64,000 nt of DNA from Alphaproteobacteria bacterium. GTDB taxonomy: Bacteria > Pseudomonadota > Alphaproteobacteria > MPNO01. Made by a program: the position numbers and the translations under genes. The DNA lies in NCBI GenBank assembly GCA_963667285.1, contig OY763326.1, forward strand, positions 4,847,546 through 4,911,545, given 5' to 3'. The notes beneath the pieces are model-generated. The model worked only from the letters and a program-made list of their open reading frames with translations. It was not told the DNA's origin and ran no database searches. This document shows positions 30,522 through 41,094 of this stretch, piece after piece. Every line of letters starts with the position of its first letter. Position 1 is the stretch's first letter.

Positions 30522-31388
30522 ATGAAACCGGCGCCGTTCGCCTATCACGACCCGTCGACCGTCGACGAGCTGATGGGCCTGTTGGCCGAGAGGGAGAACG
30601 CCAGGCTGCTGGCAGGCGGCCAGTCGCTGATGCCGATGCTCAACATGCGCTACGCGATGCCCGACCACCTGATCGACCTCAACGGCATCGGCGACCTCGC
30701 CGGCGTCGCGGAGACCGGCGAGGCCGTCGAAATCGGCGCGATGACGCGCCAGCGCGACCTGCCGGGCTCGCGGCCGGCCGCCGGGCGCTTTCCGATTCTC
30801 GCCGAGGCGCTGGCGCAGGTCGGCCACTTCCAGACCCGCAACCGCGGCACGGTGGGGGGCAGCCTGTGCCATCTCGATCCGTCCGCCGAGCTTCCCTGCG
30901 TCGCCGCCGCCGCCGATGCGGTGCTGGTGGTGCGCGGCCAGGACGGGGAACGCGAGGTCGCCATGGCCGACTGGCCCACCGCCTACATGACGCCCGACCT
31001 CGCCGCGGACGAGGCGCTGGTGCGCATCCGCCTGCCCGAGAGCGCGGCGCTCGACGGCCAGGCGTTCGCCGAGTTCGCGAGACGGCACGGCGATTTCGCC
31101 ATCGTGGGGGTGGCGGCGATGCTCTCGCTCGACGGCGACACGATCCGGCGCGCGTCCCTCGCGGTGGCCGGCGTCGGCCCGCACCCGGTGCGCCTCGCCG
31201 AAATCGAGGCGGCGCTCGCGGGCGAGCCGGCGAACGAGGCGACCTTCAAGGCAGCTTCCGGCGAGGCGCGCGGAATCGAAGCGATGAGCGATGCCTATGT
31301 CAGCGGCAAGTACCGCCGGCGCCTGACCGGCGTGCTGGTGGAGCGCGCGCTGGCGAAGGCCGCCGAACGGGCCCGGGAGGCCGCGTGA
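30522..31388 (+). CDS. Molybdenum hydroxylase FAD subunit (CoxM/CutM-like)
   Basis: MKPAPFAYH, LAGGQSL, RNRGTVGGS, RRHGDFA. Confidence 0.93.
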   Translation: MKPAPFAYHDPSTVDELMGLLAERENARLLAGGQSLMPMLNMRYAMPDHLIDLNGIGDLAGVAETGEAVEIGAMTRQRDLPGSRPAAGRFPILAEALAQVGHFQTRNRGTVGGSLCHLDPSAELPCVAAAADAVLVVRGQDGEREVAMADWPTAYMTPDLAADEALVRIRLPESAALDGQAFAEFARRHGDFAIVGVAAMLSLDGDTIRRASLAVAGVGPHPVRLAEIEAALAGEPANEATFKAASGEARGIEAMSDAYVSGKYRRRLTGVLVERALAKAAERAREAA

Positions 31389-31389
31389 C

Positions 31390-31890
<501 letters not shown>

Positions 31891-31893
31891 GCG

Positions 31894-34224
31894 ATGGGAG
31901 TTCGCTATTTCGGCGCCGAGGTGCGCAGGGTCGAGGACGCGCGTCTGGTCACCGGCAACGGGCGCTATGTCGACGACATAGAGCTGCCCGGCATGCTGGA
32001 GGCGGCGATCGTCCGCTCGACCGAGGCGCATGCGCGGATCCGTTCGATCGACGCGGCCGCCGCGCGGGCGCTGCCCGGCGTGCACGCGGTGTTCACCCTG
32101 CAGGACTTCCCGCCCGAATACCGCGACCGGCCGATGGTCCAGCCCTACCCGGCGCCGGTCCTGCTCCAGCCCACCACGCAGTACCCGCTGGCCAAGGACG
32201 AGGTGTGCTATGTCGGCCAGGGGATCGCGATCGCGGTCGCCGAGACGCGCCACATCGCCGAGGATGCGGCGGGGCTGGTGGCGGTCGATTACGAGACACT
32301 GCCCGCCGTGGTCGACTGCCGCGAGGCGGTGAAGAGCGGCGCGCCGCTCGCGCATGCCGATTCGCCGGACAATATCGTGGCACGGCTCCGCGTCGCCTTC
32401 GGCGAGGTGGACGCCGCCTTCGCCGATGCCGCGCATGTCTTCGAGGAGCGTTTTCTCCAGCATCGCGGCGGCTGCCATGCGATGGAGTGCCGCGGCGTGA
32501 TCGCCGAGGACCGGCCGCATCACGACGGGCTCACGATCGTCTCGGCCACCCAATGCCCCTACCTCGTGCGGCGCAACGTCGCCGCCTATCTCGGCCGCGA
32601 CGAGGGAAGGGTGCGGGTGGTGGCGCCCGACGTGGGCGGCGGTTTCGGGCCCAAGGCCGGCGTCTACGCCGAGGAGATCGTGGTTCCGCTGGCCGCTTCC
32701 GCCCTGGGACGGCCGGTCAAGTGGATCGAGGACCGGCGCGAGCATTTCGTGACCACCAACACCCAGCGCGACCAGGAATGGACGCTGGAGGCCGCGGTCG
32801 ACGCGGACGGCAGGCTGCTCGGCGTCCGGGGGCGCGTGATCCACGACAACGGGGCGTTCGTGCCCTACGGGCTGCTGCTTCCGATGACCACGCTGACGCC
32901 GCTTCCCGGCCCCTACGCGGTGCCCGCGCTCGACGTCGCCATGGAGGTCGCGTTCACCAACACCGCGCCGAACTCGCCGATCCGCGGCGCCGGCAGGCCG
33001 AACGCCGCCTTCGCGATGGAACGCCTGGTCGCCCGCATCGCCCGCGAGCTCGGCCTCGACCAGGCCGAGGTGCGGCGCCGCAACTACGTGCCGGCGGACG
33101 GGTTTCCCTACGATACCGGGCAGAAGTTCCGCGACGGCTCGCCGATCAGGTACGACAGCGGCGATTTCGAGGGCTGCCTCGACAAGGTCGCGGAGCTCGC
33201 CGACTACGCGGGCTTCGCCGGGCGCCAGAAAGCGGCGCGGGAAGAGGGCCGCTATCTCGGGATCGGCGTTTCGAGCTGCATCGAGGATACCGGCGTCGGG
33301 CCGTATGAGGGGGCGACGGTGCGCGTCCAGCCCGACGGCAAGGTGCTGATCCGGACCGGCGCGGCGAGCCAGGGCCAGGGGCACGAGACCATGCTGGCGC
33401 AAGTCTGCGCCGACCGGCTCGACGTGGCGATCGGGGACGTCTACGTGATGGCGGCGGATACCGGCGCCTTCCCGCACGGCGTCGGCACCATCGGCAGCCG
33501 GGTCGCGGTCAACGCCTCGACGGCGGTGTTCGACGCCGCGGAGAGCGTTCGCGACAAGGCGCTGAGTCTTGCCGCCGAGCGGCTCGAGGCCTCGGTCGAG
33601 GACCTGGAGGTCGAGGACGGCGTGATCGGTGTGGCGGGCGTTCCGGAGATGACGGTCACCTACGGCGACCTCGCCAGGCAGCTCGCTCCGATGGCGGGGG
33701 GGCCGCTGCCCAGGGGCTTCGCGCCGGGGCTGGAGGCGACCTCCTACCGGACGTCCGACGGCATGCCGACCGCGTCCGGTTCCAACATCGCCGAGGTCGA
33801 GGTCGATATCGGCACCGGCGAGGTGCGCGTGCTGCGCTACTCGGTGGCGCATGATTGCGGGAACATGATCAACCCGATGATGGTCGACGGGCAGATCGTC
33901 GGCGGCGTGGTCCACGGCATCGGCAACGCGCTGTTCGAACGGCTGGTCTACGACGAGTCGGGGCAGCCGCTGAACAACAATTACGGCGAGTACCTGCTGC
34001 CGATCGCGACCGAGATGCCGCCCATCGCGATCACCCACCAGGAGACGCCGTCCCCGCTCAACCCGCTCGGCATCAAGGGCGCCGGCGAAGGCGGCACGAT
34101 CCCGGCGGCATCGGCGATCGTGGCCGCGATCGAGAACGCGCTCGAGCCGTTCGGCGTCGTCATCCGGTCCTACCCGGTGAGCCCGGAAGAGATCTGCGAC
34201 CTGATCGACGCGAGCGGGGGTTAG
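31894..34224 (+). CDS. Xanthine dehydrogenase-family molybdopterin subunit (CoxL-like, not form I CODH)
   Basis: RVEDARLVTG, VGGGFGPK, PIRGAGRP active-site loop, SQGQGHET, KGAGEGG. Confidence 0.93.
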   Translation: MGVRYFGAEVRRVEDARLVTGNGRYVDDIELPGMLEAAIVRSTEAHARIRSIDAAAARALPGVHAVFTLQDFPPEYRDRPMVQPYPAPVLLQPTTQYPLAKDEVCYVGQGIAIAVAETRHIAEDAAGLVAVDYETLPAVVDCREAVKSGAPLAHADSPDNIVARLRVAFGEVDAAFADAAHVFEERFLQHRGGCHAMECRGVIAEDRPHHDGLTIVSATQCPYLVRRNVAAYLGRDEGRVRVVAPDVGGGFGPKAGVYAEEIVVPLAASALGRPVKWIEDRREHFVTTNTQRDQEWTLEAAVDADGRLLGVRGRVIHDNGAFVPYGLLLPMTTLTPLPGPYAVPALDVAMEVAFTNTAPNSPIRGAGRPNAAFAMERLVARIARELGLDQAEVRRRNYVPADGFPYDTGQKFRDGSPIRYDSGDFEGCLDKVAELADYAGFAGRQKAAREEGRYLGIGVSSCIEDTGVGPYEGATVRVQPDGKVLIRTGAASQGQGHETMLAQVCADRLDVAIGDVYVMAADTGAFPHGVGTIGSRVAVNASTAVFDAAESVRDKALSLAAERLEASVEDLEVEDGVIGVAGVPEMTVTYGDLARQLAPMAGGPLPRGFAPGLEATSYRTSDGMPTASGSNIAEVEVDIGTGEVRVLRYSVAHDCGNMINPMMVDGQIVGGVVHGIGNALFERLVYDESGQPLNNNYGEYLLPIATEMPPIAITHQETPSPLNPLGIKGAGEGGTIPAASAIVAAIENALEPFGVVIRSYPVSPEEICDLIDASGG

Positions 34225-34232
34225 GGCCGGCC

Positions 34233-34889
34233 TCACGCTCTCCGGCTGAGCAGCGATTCCACCATGCGGGTGCTGTCGCTGCTGCTTTGCGCGGCGGGGC
34301 TGAGCCAGACCATCAGGATCTCGGCGTCCTCCTCGCCTACGGTGGTGTAGGTGTGGGCCATCTGGCTGTCCATGTAGAGGCTGTCGCCCTCGTCCAGCGT
34401 GACCGGCTCGTAGTGCTCGGTGTGGACCGCGACGGTGCCCTTCAGGACATAGACGAACTCCTCCCCGGAATGGCTCAGCATCCCGTCCGCGGTGTCGGGA
34501 TCGCGGCTGCGGACGCGTTCGACCATCGGCAGCATGCGCTTGTGCTGGATATTGGTGCAGAGCGCCCAGATGTCGTAGCTCTGGGTGGTCCGGAACCTGG
34601 CGTCGCTGGCGCGGGTCACGGTCAGCCGGGCGGAGCCGGACCGGTCCTCGCTGTCGAGCGCGACCAGGCGGCTCAGCGGGATGTCGAGGCCTTCGGCGAG
34701 GCGCATCAGGTTCGCGAAGGTGGGGGAAACCTGGTCGTTCTCGATCTTGGAGATCGCCGAGATCGAGATCCCGGTGGCCTCGGAGACCTCGGCCAGCGTC
34801 ATCCCGAGCTCCTTGCGGATACGCCGGACGCGCGGGCCCAGTGTCCCGTTCGCGCGCCCCGCCCGGGGCCGTGCGCCGTCCTCCTCCAT
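34233..34889 (-). CDS. XRE-family HTH regulator with cupin sensor domain
   Basis: MTLAEVSEATGISISAISKIEN HTH, HSGEEFVYVLKG, DSQMAH. Confidence 0.92.
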   Translation of the reverse strand: MEEDGARPRAGRANGTLGPRVRRIRKELGMTLAEVSEATGISISAISKIENDQVSPTFANLMRLAEGLDIPLSRLVALDSEDRSGSARLTVTRASDARFRTTQSYDIWALCTNIQHKRMLPMVERVRSRDPDTADGMLSHSGEEFVYVLKGTVAVHTEHYEPVTLDEGDSLYMDSQMAHTYTTVGEEDAEILMVWLSPAAQSSSDSTRMVESLLSRRA

Positions 34890-34932
34890 CGCTCCTGATT
34901 AGGCGCTGCGGCCCGGATTGTCCACGATTCCG

Positions 34933-36678
34933 TCAGCCCGGAATGATCGGCAGCAGGAGGTGGGACGGCCGGTCCGGGCCCATATGGATCGTCACGTCGC
35001 CGCCATAGACCTGCGCCGGCCGGTCGCCCGCGTCGTCATGCTTGAACGGGCCCACCCCGGTGAAGACGGCCCCCAGCGTGCCCAGCCCGGCCGCCGTCCC
35101 GCCCGGCCATTCGTAGTCCCGCCCGCGCACCGACAGGCCGACGCGGTAGCCCCTGGGCACGACGATGCAGCTCGGCCAGATCTCGATGTCGAGCGCGTAG
35201 ACCTCGCTTGGGGTCAGCTTCTGGACCTCGTCATGGGTGTGGTAGGGCCGGTAGGGCAGGGAGAGGCTCTCGTCGAGCTTGCGGTGCGAGGCGCGCAGCC
35301 AGCCCTGCGCGACCGGCGTGTTGGGATCGAGCGCGCCCTGGAAGGTCACCTCCCTGAAGTCGGGCGCGAACACGCGCACCACGAGGAACAGGTCCGCGTC
35401 CTCCGTGCTCGACGACACGAAGAGCCTGGCCGCCATCGGCCCGGTGATCTCGGTGTCTTCCGCCATCGGCGCGGTCAGGAAGGTCGCGCCCTCGCCCAGC
35501 CCGGCATAGGTCACCGTGCCGTCCGCCGCCGGGGGCTCCTGGTTCAGCGAATGATCTCCGGCGTGGAGATGGAACCTGGTCCATCTCGTGCGCGGGATCG
35601 GCCACGCGTCCTCGTGGCGCTCGACGAATTTCTCGCCCGGATGGCGGACCTGGAGCTGGACCTTCGGCTGGTCCTTCCAGCCGGTGTCCTCGCCCTTCAG
35701 GAAATGCCCGAAAAACTTCTTCTGAAGCGCCACCCCGTAATCGGTGTAGAACTCGGTCCAGTGTTCGATCCCGTGTATTTCGAGCCACTTCTGGTCCGAG
35801 GCCGAGCGCACGAAACCCTCGAAATTGCCGCGCGGGTGGAGGCCCTGCCCGCCCCAGTTGCCGGAGGAGAAGAGCGGGACCTCGACCTTCGACCAGTCCG
35901 GCATGCGGGATTGCCAGTACGCCGCGCTGTCGAGCGGGTTGTCCTGGCAGTCCCGCCAGAAATCCGCCCGGCTGGAGCCGAGCTCCTCCTGGCTCAGCGT
36001 CGGCGGGCCCGCGACCCAGTCGCCGTTCATGCGGCTGCGGAACCCGTTCTTGCCGACGCCGTGCTGGACGGTCTTGACCTGGGAGGGGTACCAGGCCCGG
36101 CCGAAGGCGCACAATATGCCCCCGTGATAGGCGAGGTCGCGGTAGAAATCGGCCGCGCCCTCCCAGATGCAGATCGCAGCCAGATGCGGCGGTTTGAGCG
36201 CGGCGACCTGCCATTGGTTCATCGCGTAGTACGAGATGCCGTTCGCGCCGACCTTGCCGTTCGACCACGGCCTTGTGCCGGCCCATTCGATGCAGTCGTG
36301 GAAATCGCGCGCCTCGCGCGCCGACCAGATGTCGAGAAAGCCGGGCGAGCGGCCGGCGCCGCGCGAATCGACACGGACCACGGCGTAGCCGTCGGGAACC
36401 CATTTCTCCGGGTCGACCACCTCCCAGTTCTGGTAGAGATTGGAGGACCCGGCGACGACGTCCGGATGGTTCCGGGCCATCCGGCGCCACTGATCGGTAT
36501 ACAGGTCCTCGAAATGCAGGAGCTTCCCGTAGGGGCCGTAGGAGATGATGACGGGGTAGTTCCCGTCCTCGACCGGGCGGTAGACGTCGCAGCGGAGCAC
36601 GATCCCGTCATCCATCTCGATCGGCGCATCCCATTCGACGGTCATCCCGTCCCTGATCTCGGTCCTGTGGTCGCTCAT
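34933..36678 (-). CDS. CocE/NonD-family serine hydrolase
   Basis: MDDGIVLRCDVYRP, DSRGAGRS, WSNGKVG, GISYYA, GWLRASHR. Confidence 0.92.
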   Translation of the reverse strand: MSDHRTEIRDGMTVEWDAPIEMDDGIVLRCDVYRPVEDGNYPVIISYGPYGKLLHFEDLYTDQWRRMARNHPDVVAGSSNLYQNWEVVDPEKWVPDGYAVVRVDSRGAGRSPGFLDIWSAREARDFHDCIEWAGTRPWSNGKVGANGISYYAMNQWQVAALKPPHLAAICIWEGAADFYRDLAYHGGILCAFGRAWYPSQVKTVQHGVGKNGFRSRMNGDWVAGPPTLSQEELGSSRADFWRDCQDNPLDSAAYWQSRMPDWSKVEVPLFSSGNWGGQGLHPRGNFEGFVRSASDQKWLEIHGIEHWTEFYTDYGVALQKKFFGHFLKGEDTGWKDQPKVQLQVRHPGEKFVERHEDAWPIPRTRWTRFHLHAGDHSLNQEPPAADGTVTYAGLGEGATFLTAPMAEDTEITGPMAARLFVSSSTEDADLFLVVRVFAPDFREVTFQGALDPNTPVAQGWLRASHRKLDESLSLPYRPYHTHDEVQKLTPSEVYALDIEIWPSCIVVPRGYRVGLSVRGRDYEWPGGTAAGLGTLGAVFTGVGPFKHDDAGDRPAQVYGGDVTIHMGPDRPSHLLLPIIPG

Positions 36679-36782
36679 GAAGGTCTCCGGCAAATGACAC
36701 CGCCGCGGATTTGATCGCCGGCGGTTTTCTGATACGACAAATATACGCGAATACGATAATCGGACCACAAGGGGGGAGCGCC

Positions 36783-37517
36783 ATGACGGAACGCAGGGTG
36801 GAGATTCTCGACCGCTCCGAGATGGTCGAGAAGATGACCGGGCTGCTTCACCTGAAGCCCGGCGAGACGGCGATCGTTACCGTCGACATGCATCGCGGCC
36901 ATCTCGACCCGGAGGTCGCGACCATGCCGGCGAAGGCGGAAGACAGCGCCCGGGTGATCGCCAACGCGAAGCAGGTCCTCGACCTCGCGCGCGGGCACGG
37001 CGTCCCGGTGATCCACGTCATCCTGGTCTATCGCAGGATTCCGGGTGTGGGCAGCGAGGGCATGACGGCGCCGTTCTGGGCCGCGATGTCGGAGATCACC
37101 GACGAGGAGAACCGCCTCACGCTCGGCCGCAAGTCGACCGTGAACGACCACAACATCGAGGGCAGCCCCGGCACCCAGATCATCCCGGCGCTCTACGCCG
37201 CGACCGACTACGTGATCGACAACAAGAAGCGCCTCGACTGCTTCATGGGCACCGACCTCGACATGCTGCTGGAGAACCTCGGGGCGCGGAATGTCTGCCT
37301 GATGGGCATCAACACCAACACCTGCGTGCTGAACACGGCGTTTACCGCGCACAACAGGAACTACGCCACGGTCGTGCTCTCGGACTGCGTCGCCAGCATG
37401 TATGGCGACGACCTCCACGAGTTCGGTCTCCAGAACGTCATGCGATGCCTGGGCTGGGTGCTCGACAACGAGCAGTTCGCGGCCAAGCTCGAAGCAGGCC
37501 GCCGGCTCAACGCTTAG
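36783..37517 (+). CDS. Isochorismatase-family cysteine hydrolase
   Basis: VDMH (Asp), NKKRLDCF (Lys), GINTNTCV (Cys). Confidence 0.9.
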   Translation: MTERRVEILDRSEMVEKMTGLLHLKPGETAIVTVDMHRGHLDPEVATMPAKAEDSARVIANAKQVLDLARGHGVPVIHVILVYRRIPGVGSEGMTAPFWAAMSEITDEENRLTLGRKSTVNDHNIEGSPGTQIIPALYAATDYVIDNKKRLDCFMGTDLDMLLENLGARNVCLMGINTNTCVLNTAFTAHNRNYATVVLSDCVASMYGDDLHEFGLQNVMRCLGWVLDNEQFAAKLEAGRRLNA

Positions 37518-37520
37518 CCG

Positions 37521-38982
37521 CAATACTGTTCACTTTATGACTTTGATGCTGTTGACTGGATTGACGGCAGGGAGTGGAGGGGTGTCTGGCCGGCGCAGTG
37601 GGAACTTGCTCATTTTGCGTTTGACGGCGCGCGGGTTTTGCCGGTTTCGGCTGGAGACGACACGTTCCTGAAGGATTTCGTCGAGGACGGCGTCATGGAA
37701 GGCCTTGCTCTTCCGAGGGGGGAATGGCTACGGCGGCGGGCAGCTTTCGACGCACCACCCGCACAGCGTGAAGGAAGGAGAGGCGGTCCGGGTCTTCGTC
37801 GGCTTTCAGCGCGGCCTCATGGATCAGGCTTCGGATGGCGAAGTGCGCCATCATGAGGCCATAGAACTCCTGGCGGACGAGGTCCGGCGTCTTGCTGCGC
37901 AGGACGATCCTGGCGCCCCGCAGATGGGTCTTGAGTTCGTCGAGCGCGGTCTCGATTTCCCAGCGCTCATGATAGAGGGCCGCCAGCTCATGCGCCGGCG
38001 CCACGTCGTGGTCGAGGATCGTGGTGAGGAGACGATAGAACGGTACGGCGCCGCCGACACCCTCCAGCCGGTAGTCGATCGCCCGCACCGTGAGCCCGCC
38101 GGTCCGGTGGCGGCGATCCCGTTGCGAGGGATAGATGGTGCTCAGGTAAGAGCCGTCAGGCAATCGCCGCTCGGGAACCAGGCGCATGTTCTTCTTGACG
38201 CGCCAGAGCAGGTCGGCCCCGCTGCCGCGCGCCAGGGACCACAGCGCGAAGCCGAAGAACTGGCGGTCCGCCAAGCACAGCATGCCGGCCTCCAGCCGGC
38301 CAAGCACAGCTTTGGCGAGCGTGATCTCGCTCGTCCCATAGCCCGCCATCTCGCTGGCAAACAGCACATGCGTGCCGTTCTCCACCAGCGAGACAAAGCG
38401 CAGCTGCGGGAAGGCGCTGCGGCCCCGGCTGGCGCCGGGCCGGCCGAACGCCGCGGCGTTCGACGCCTCGTCGGCAACGTCCAGCGTGCTGCCGTCCAGG
38501 CTCACCAGACGCCATCGCCCATACCACGCCCCCCTGGTCAGCCGATCCGCAATCGGCTTCACCACCGCGCCATGCAGGCGGTGCAGCGGCTCCCAGCCAA
38601 GACGCGTGCGCGCCTGCGAGATCCCCGACTTGCCGGCCACCTCAAGCGCCTGCGACGGACCGGCCAGCCACTGAACCCCCTCCAGCAGGCAGCGCAGAAC
38701 CTCGCGGTAGGACGACTGCATGTAGAGCCCAAGCGCGATTACGTAATACACCACCACAGGCGCCGGAAGCGCACGCCGGCGCCGGCTCGACCGCCCGGTA
38801 TCCCGTAGGACAGACTGCACCGTATCCAGCGGAAACGTCTTCGCGATCACACCCAGACTGATGTAGTCGGTGACGCGAGAACCCGCCGGGAGCGTCCCAA
38901 CAGCGCGTGACATCGGCCTGACCCCTGCTGCGTCACAGGCCTACGACTGTAGCACCGATCAATCACTAAGTGAACAGTATTG
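37521..38982 (-). mobile_element. IS4-family insertion sequence
   Basis: 15-bp perfect TIRs CAATACTGTTCACTT / AAGTGAACAGTATTG. Flanking duplication CGCTTAGCC at 37511 and 38983. Confidence 0.92.
37693..38913 (-). CDS. IS4 transposase
   Basis: SQARTRLG, SLDGSTLDV, LADRQF, YHERWEIETALDELK (YREK motif). Confidence 0.93.
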   Translation of the reverse strand: MSRAVGTLPAGSRVTDYISLGVIAKTFPLDTVQSVLRDTGRSSRRRRALPAPVVVYYVIALGLYMQSSYREVLRCLLEGVQWLAGPSQALEVAGKSGISQARTRLGWEPLHRLHGAVVKPIADRLTRGAWYGRWRLVSLDGSTLDVADEASNAAAFGRPGASRGRSAFPQLRFVSLVENGTHVLFASEMAGYGTSEITLAKAVLGRLEAGMLCLADRQFFGFALWSLARGSGADLLWRVKKNMRLVPERRLPDGSYLSTIYPSQRDRRHRTGGLTVRAIDYRLEGVGGAVPFYRLLTTILDHDVAPAHELAALYHERWEIETALDELKTHLRGARIVLRSKTPDLVRQEFYGLMMAHFAIRSLIHEAALKADEDPDRLSFLHAVRVVRRKLPAAVAIPPSEEQGLP

Positions 38983-38988
38983 CGCTTA

Positions 38989-39278
38989 GCCCGCATTTCC
39001 CGCCAGGGTCATGGTCTGCGCGGCGCTGTCCGGCCGACAGGGCAGGAGAGGCGCGCGGCGCGATGCGGGGACATCGGGCAAGCGCCTCGACGCACCCTGT
39101 CGGCCGGACAGCGCCGCCCCTTCGACACGCTCAGGGCAGGCTCGAAGGGTCGCGCGCAGGCGCCCGCCCGCTGCGTCGCGGGCCTCGACCGTAGTGCCTG
39201 CTACGCTCTTCGGCCCGCTCCTGGCGGATCGAACGCCTGCGCGCGACGCAGACCGTGACCCTGGTGAGAAATGCGGGC
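38989..39278 (+). mobile_element. MITE copy 1 (290 bp including a 24-bp insert)
   Basis: TIRs GCCCGCATTTC...GAAATGCGGGC, TA on both sides, near-identical to copies 2 and 3 but in opposite orientation. Confidence 0.85.
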
Positions 39279-39925
39279 TAGGCGTCGGCGGGGAAGTCGG
39301 GCTGTTTCGCCGGATGGGCATCGGCGAACGCATCGAGCGCCATGCAGGTCTCGAAGATCCGCATCGCCGTCGGGTAGGGCTCCATCGGACAGCCGAACAT
39401 GCGCGAGCCCACGATCTGCGGCACCAGGCAGAGATCGGCGAGGCCGGGCCGGTCGCCGTGGCAGAACCGCCCGGTGCCGGGGCCGGCCGCCAGATGCGCC
39501 TCCATCGCCTCCAGACCGGCCCCCATCCAGCGGCGGATCCAGGCCCCGAGCTGCTCGTCCGACAGGTCGAGATCCTCGGTCAGGTATTTCCGGATGCGCG
39601 GGACGATCAGCGGATGGGTGTCCGAGCTCGCGATCTGGGCGATGCCGCGCACCCGGGCGCGGCCCCCGGGGTCGGCCGGGAGCAGCGGCGGTTCGGGGCG
39701 GGTCTCGTCGAGATATTCGACGATCGCGAGCGACTGGAAGAGGGTCGTGCCGCCGTCGACCAGGGCGGGGACCACGGGTTGCGGGTTGACCGCGCGATAG
39801 GCGCCCTCGAACTGGTCGCCTTCGAGCAGGTCGACCGTCTCGATGTCGCAGTCCATGCCCTTGAGGTTGAGCGCGATGCGCACGCGAAACGACGCGAGCG
39901 AACGCCAGTAGCTGAACAGTTTCAT
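39278..39925 (-). CDS. maiA: Maleylacetoacetate/maleylpyruvate isomerase (GST zeta)
   Basis: YWRSLASFRVRIALNLKG, QSLAIVEYLDE, ADLCLVPQ, AHPAKQPD. Confidence 0.93.
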   Translation of the reverse strand: MKLFSYWRSLASFRVRIALNLKGMDCDIETVDLLEGDQFEGAYRAVNPQPVVPALVDGGTTLFQSLAIVEYLDETRPEPPLLPADPGGRARVRGIAQIASSDTHPLIVPRIRKYLTEDLDLSDEQLGAWIRRWMGAGLEAMEAHLAAGPGTGRFCHGDRPGLADLCLVPQIVGSRMFGCPMEPYPTAMRIFETCMALDAFADAHPAKQPDFPADA

Positions 39926-39957
39926 CCTTCCCCTCCAATACGCCCCGGAGGCGCGCC

Positions 39958-41091
39958 GTGAGCGATACAGGAACCAGCCGCTTCGCCAAACTCTTTTCGC
40001 CCGGGCGGATCGGCGGCGTGGCGCTCGGCAACCGGACGGCGGTCGCGCCGATGACCCGGATCAGCGCCGGCCCGGGCGGGCTCGCGACCGACGGGATGGC
40101 GGCCTATTACGCCGACTATGCGAAAGGCGGGTTCGGGCTGGTGATCACCGAAGGCACCTATATCGACGAGGCCCACAGCCAGGGCTATGTCGACCAGCCC
40201 GGCATCGCCAACGACGCCCAGCGCGATTCCTGGAAGAAGGTGGTCGACGCGGTCCACGCGCAAGGCGTGCCGATTTTCATGCAGCTCCTGCACGCCGGCG
40301 CGCTGATCCAGCACAACGACCATGTCGGCGAGGCGGTCGCCCCGTCGGCCGTCGAGCCGGTCGGCGAGATGGCGCCGCACTACAAGGGCGCGGGCCGGTT
40401 CCCGGTGCCGCGCGAAATCTCGCGCCGGGAGATGACCGACGTCGCCGCCGCGTTCGGCGCCGCCGCGCGGCGCGCGGTCGAGGCGGGGTTCGACGGGGTC
40501 GAGATCCACGGCGCGAACGGCTACCTGGCCGACCAGTTCCTCACCGACTACACCAACCGGCGCGACGACGAATATGGCGGGCCGACCGCGCGACGGGTGC
40601 GCTACCACACCGAGATCGTGGCCGTGGTGAAGCGGGCGCTCGACGGCCGCGCGCCGTTCGGGATCCGCATCTCCGAGACCAAGGTCAACGACCTCGCCCA
40701 TAGCTGGGCGGGCGGCGCGGACGATGCGCGGACGATTTTCGGCGCGATCGGCGAGGCCGGGCCGAGCTATATCCACGTCAACGCCCATCGCGGCTTCGAG
40801 CCGGTCTTCGGAACCGGCAAGTCGCTCGCGCGCCTGGCCCGCGAAGCCGCGCCGCGCGACGTCCGGATCGTCGCCTGCGGCAAGCTCAACGACCCGCTGC
40901 TCGCCGAAGCCTTGATCGAGGACGGCACCGCCGATGCCGCCGCGATCGCCAAGGGCGCGCTCGCCGACCCAGGCTGGCCGGCGAAGATCGCGCGCGGCGA
41001 AGCGCCGGTCGCCTTCGATCCGGCAATGCTCCGCCCCTACGCGACCCTGGAAAACGTGAGCGAGTGGAGAGCGGGCAAGGGTCCCGGCTGA
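39958..41091 (+). CDS. NADH:flavin oxidoreductase (old yellow enzyme family)
   Basis: VAPMTR, GLVITEG, FDGVEIHGANGYL, TNRRDDEYGG. Confidence 0.92.
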   Translation: MSDTGTSRFAKLFSPGRIGGVALGNRTAVAPMTRISAGPGGLATDGMAAYYADYAKGGFGLVITEGTYIDEAHSQGYVDQPGIANDAQRDSWKKVVDAVHAQGVPIFMQLLHAGALIQHNDHVGEAVAPSAVEPVGEMAPHYKGAGRFPVPREISRREMTDVAAAFGAAARRAVEAGFDGVEIHGANGYLADQFLTDYTNRRDDEYGGPTARRVRYHTEIVAVVKRALDGRAPFGIRISETKVNDLAHSWAGGADDARTIFGAIGEAGPSYIHVNAHRGFEPVFGTGKSLARLAREAAPRDVRIVACGKLNDPLLAEALIEDGTADAAAIAKGALADPGWPAKIARGEAPVAFDPAMLRPYATLENVSEWRAGKGPG

Positions 41092-41094
41092 CGC

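Noticed and set aside
36730-36760. Three ATACG motifs in the cocE/isochorismatase divergent promoter
   Set aside because: Could be an operator, but the motifs are short and irregularly spaced.
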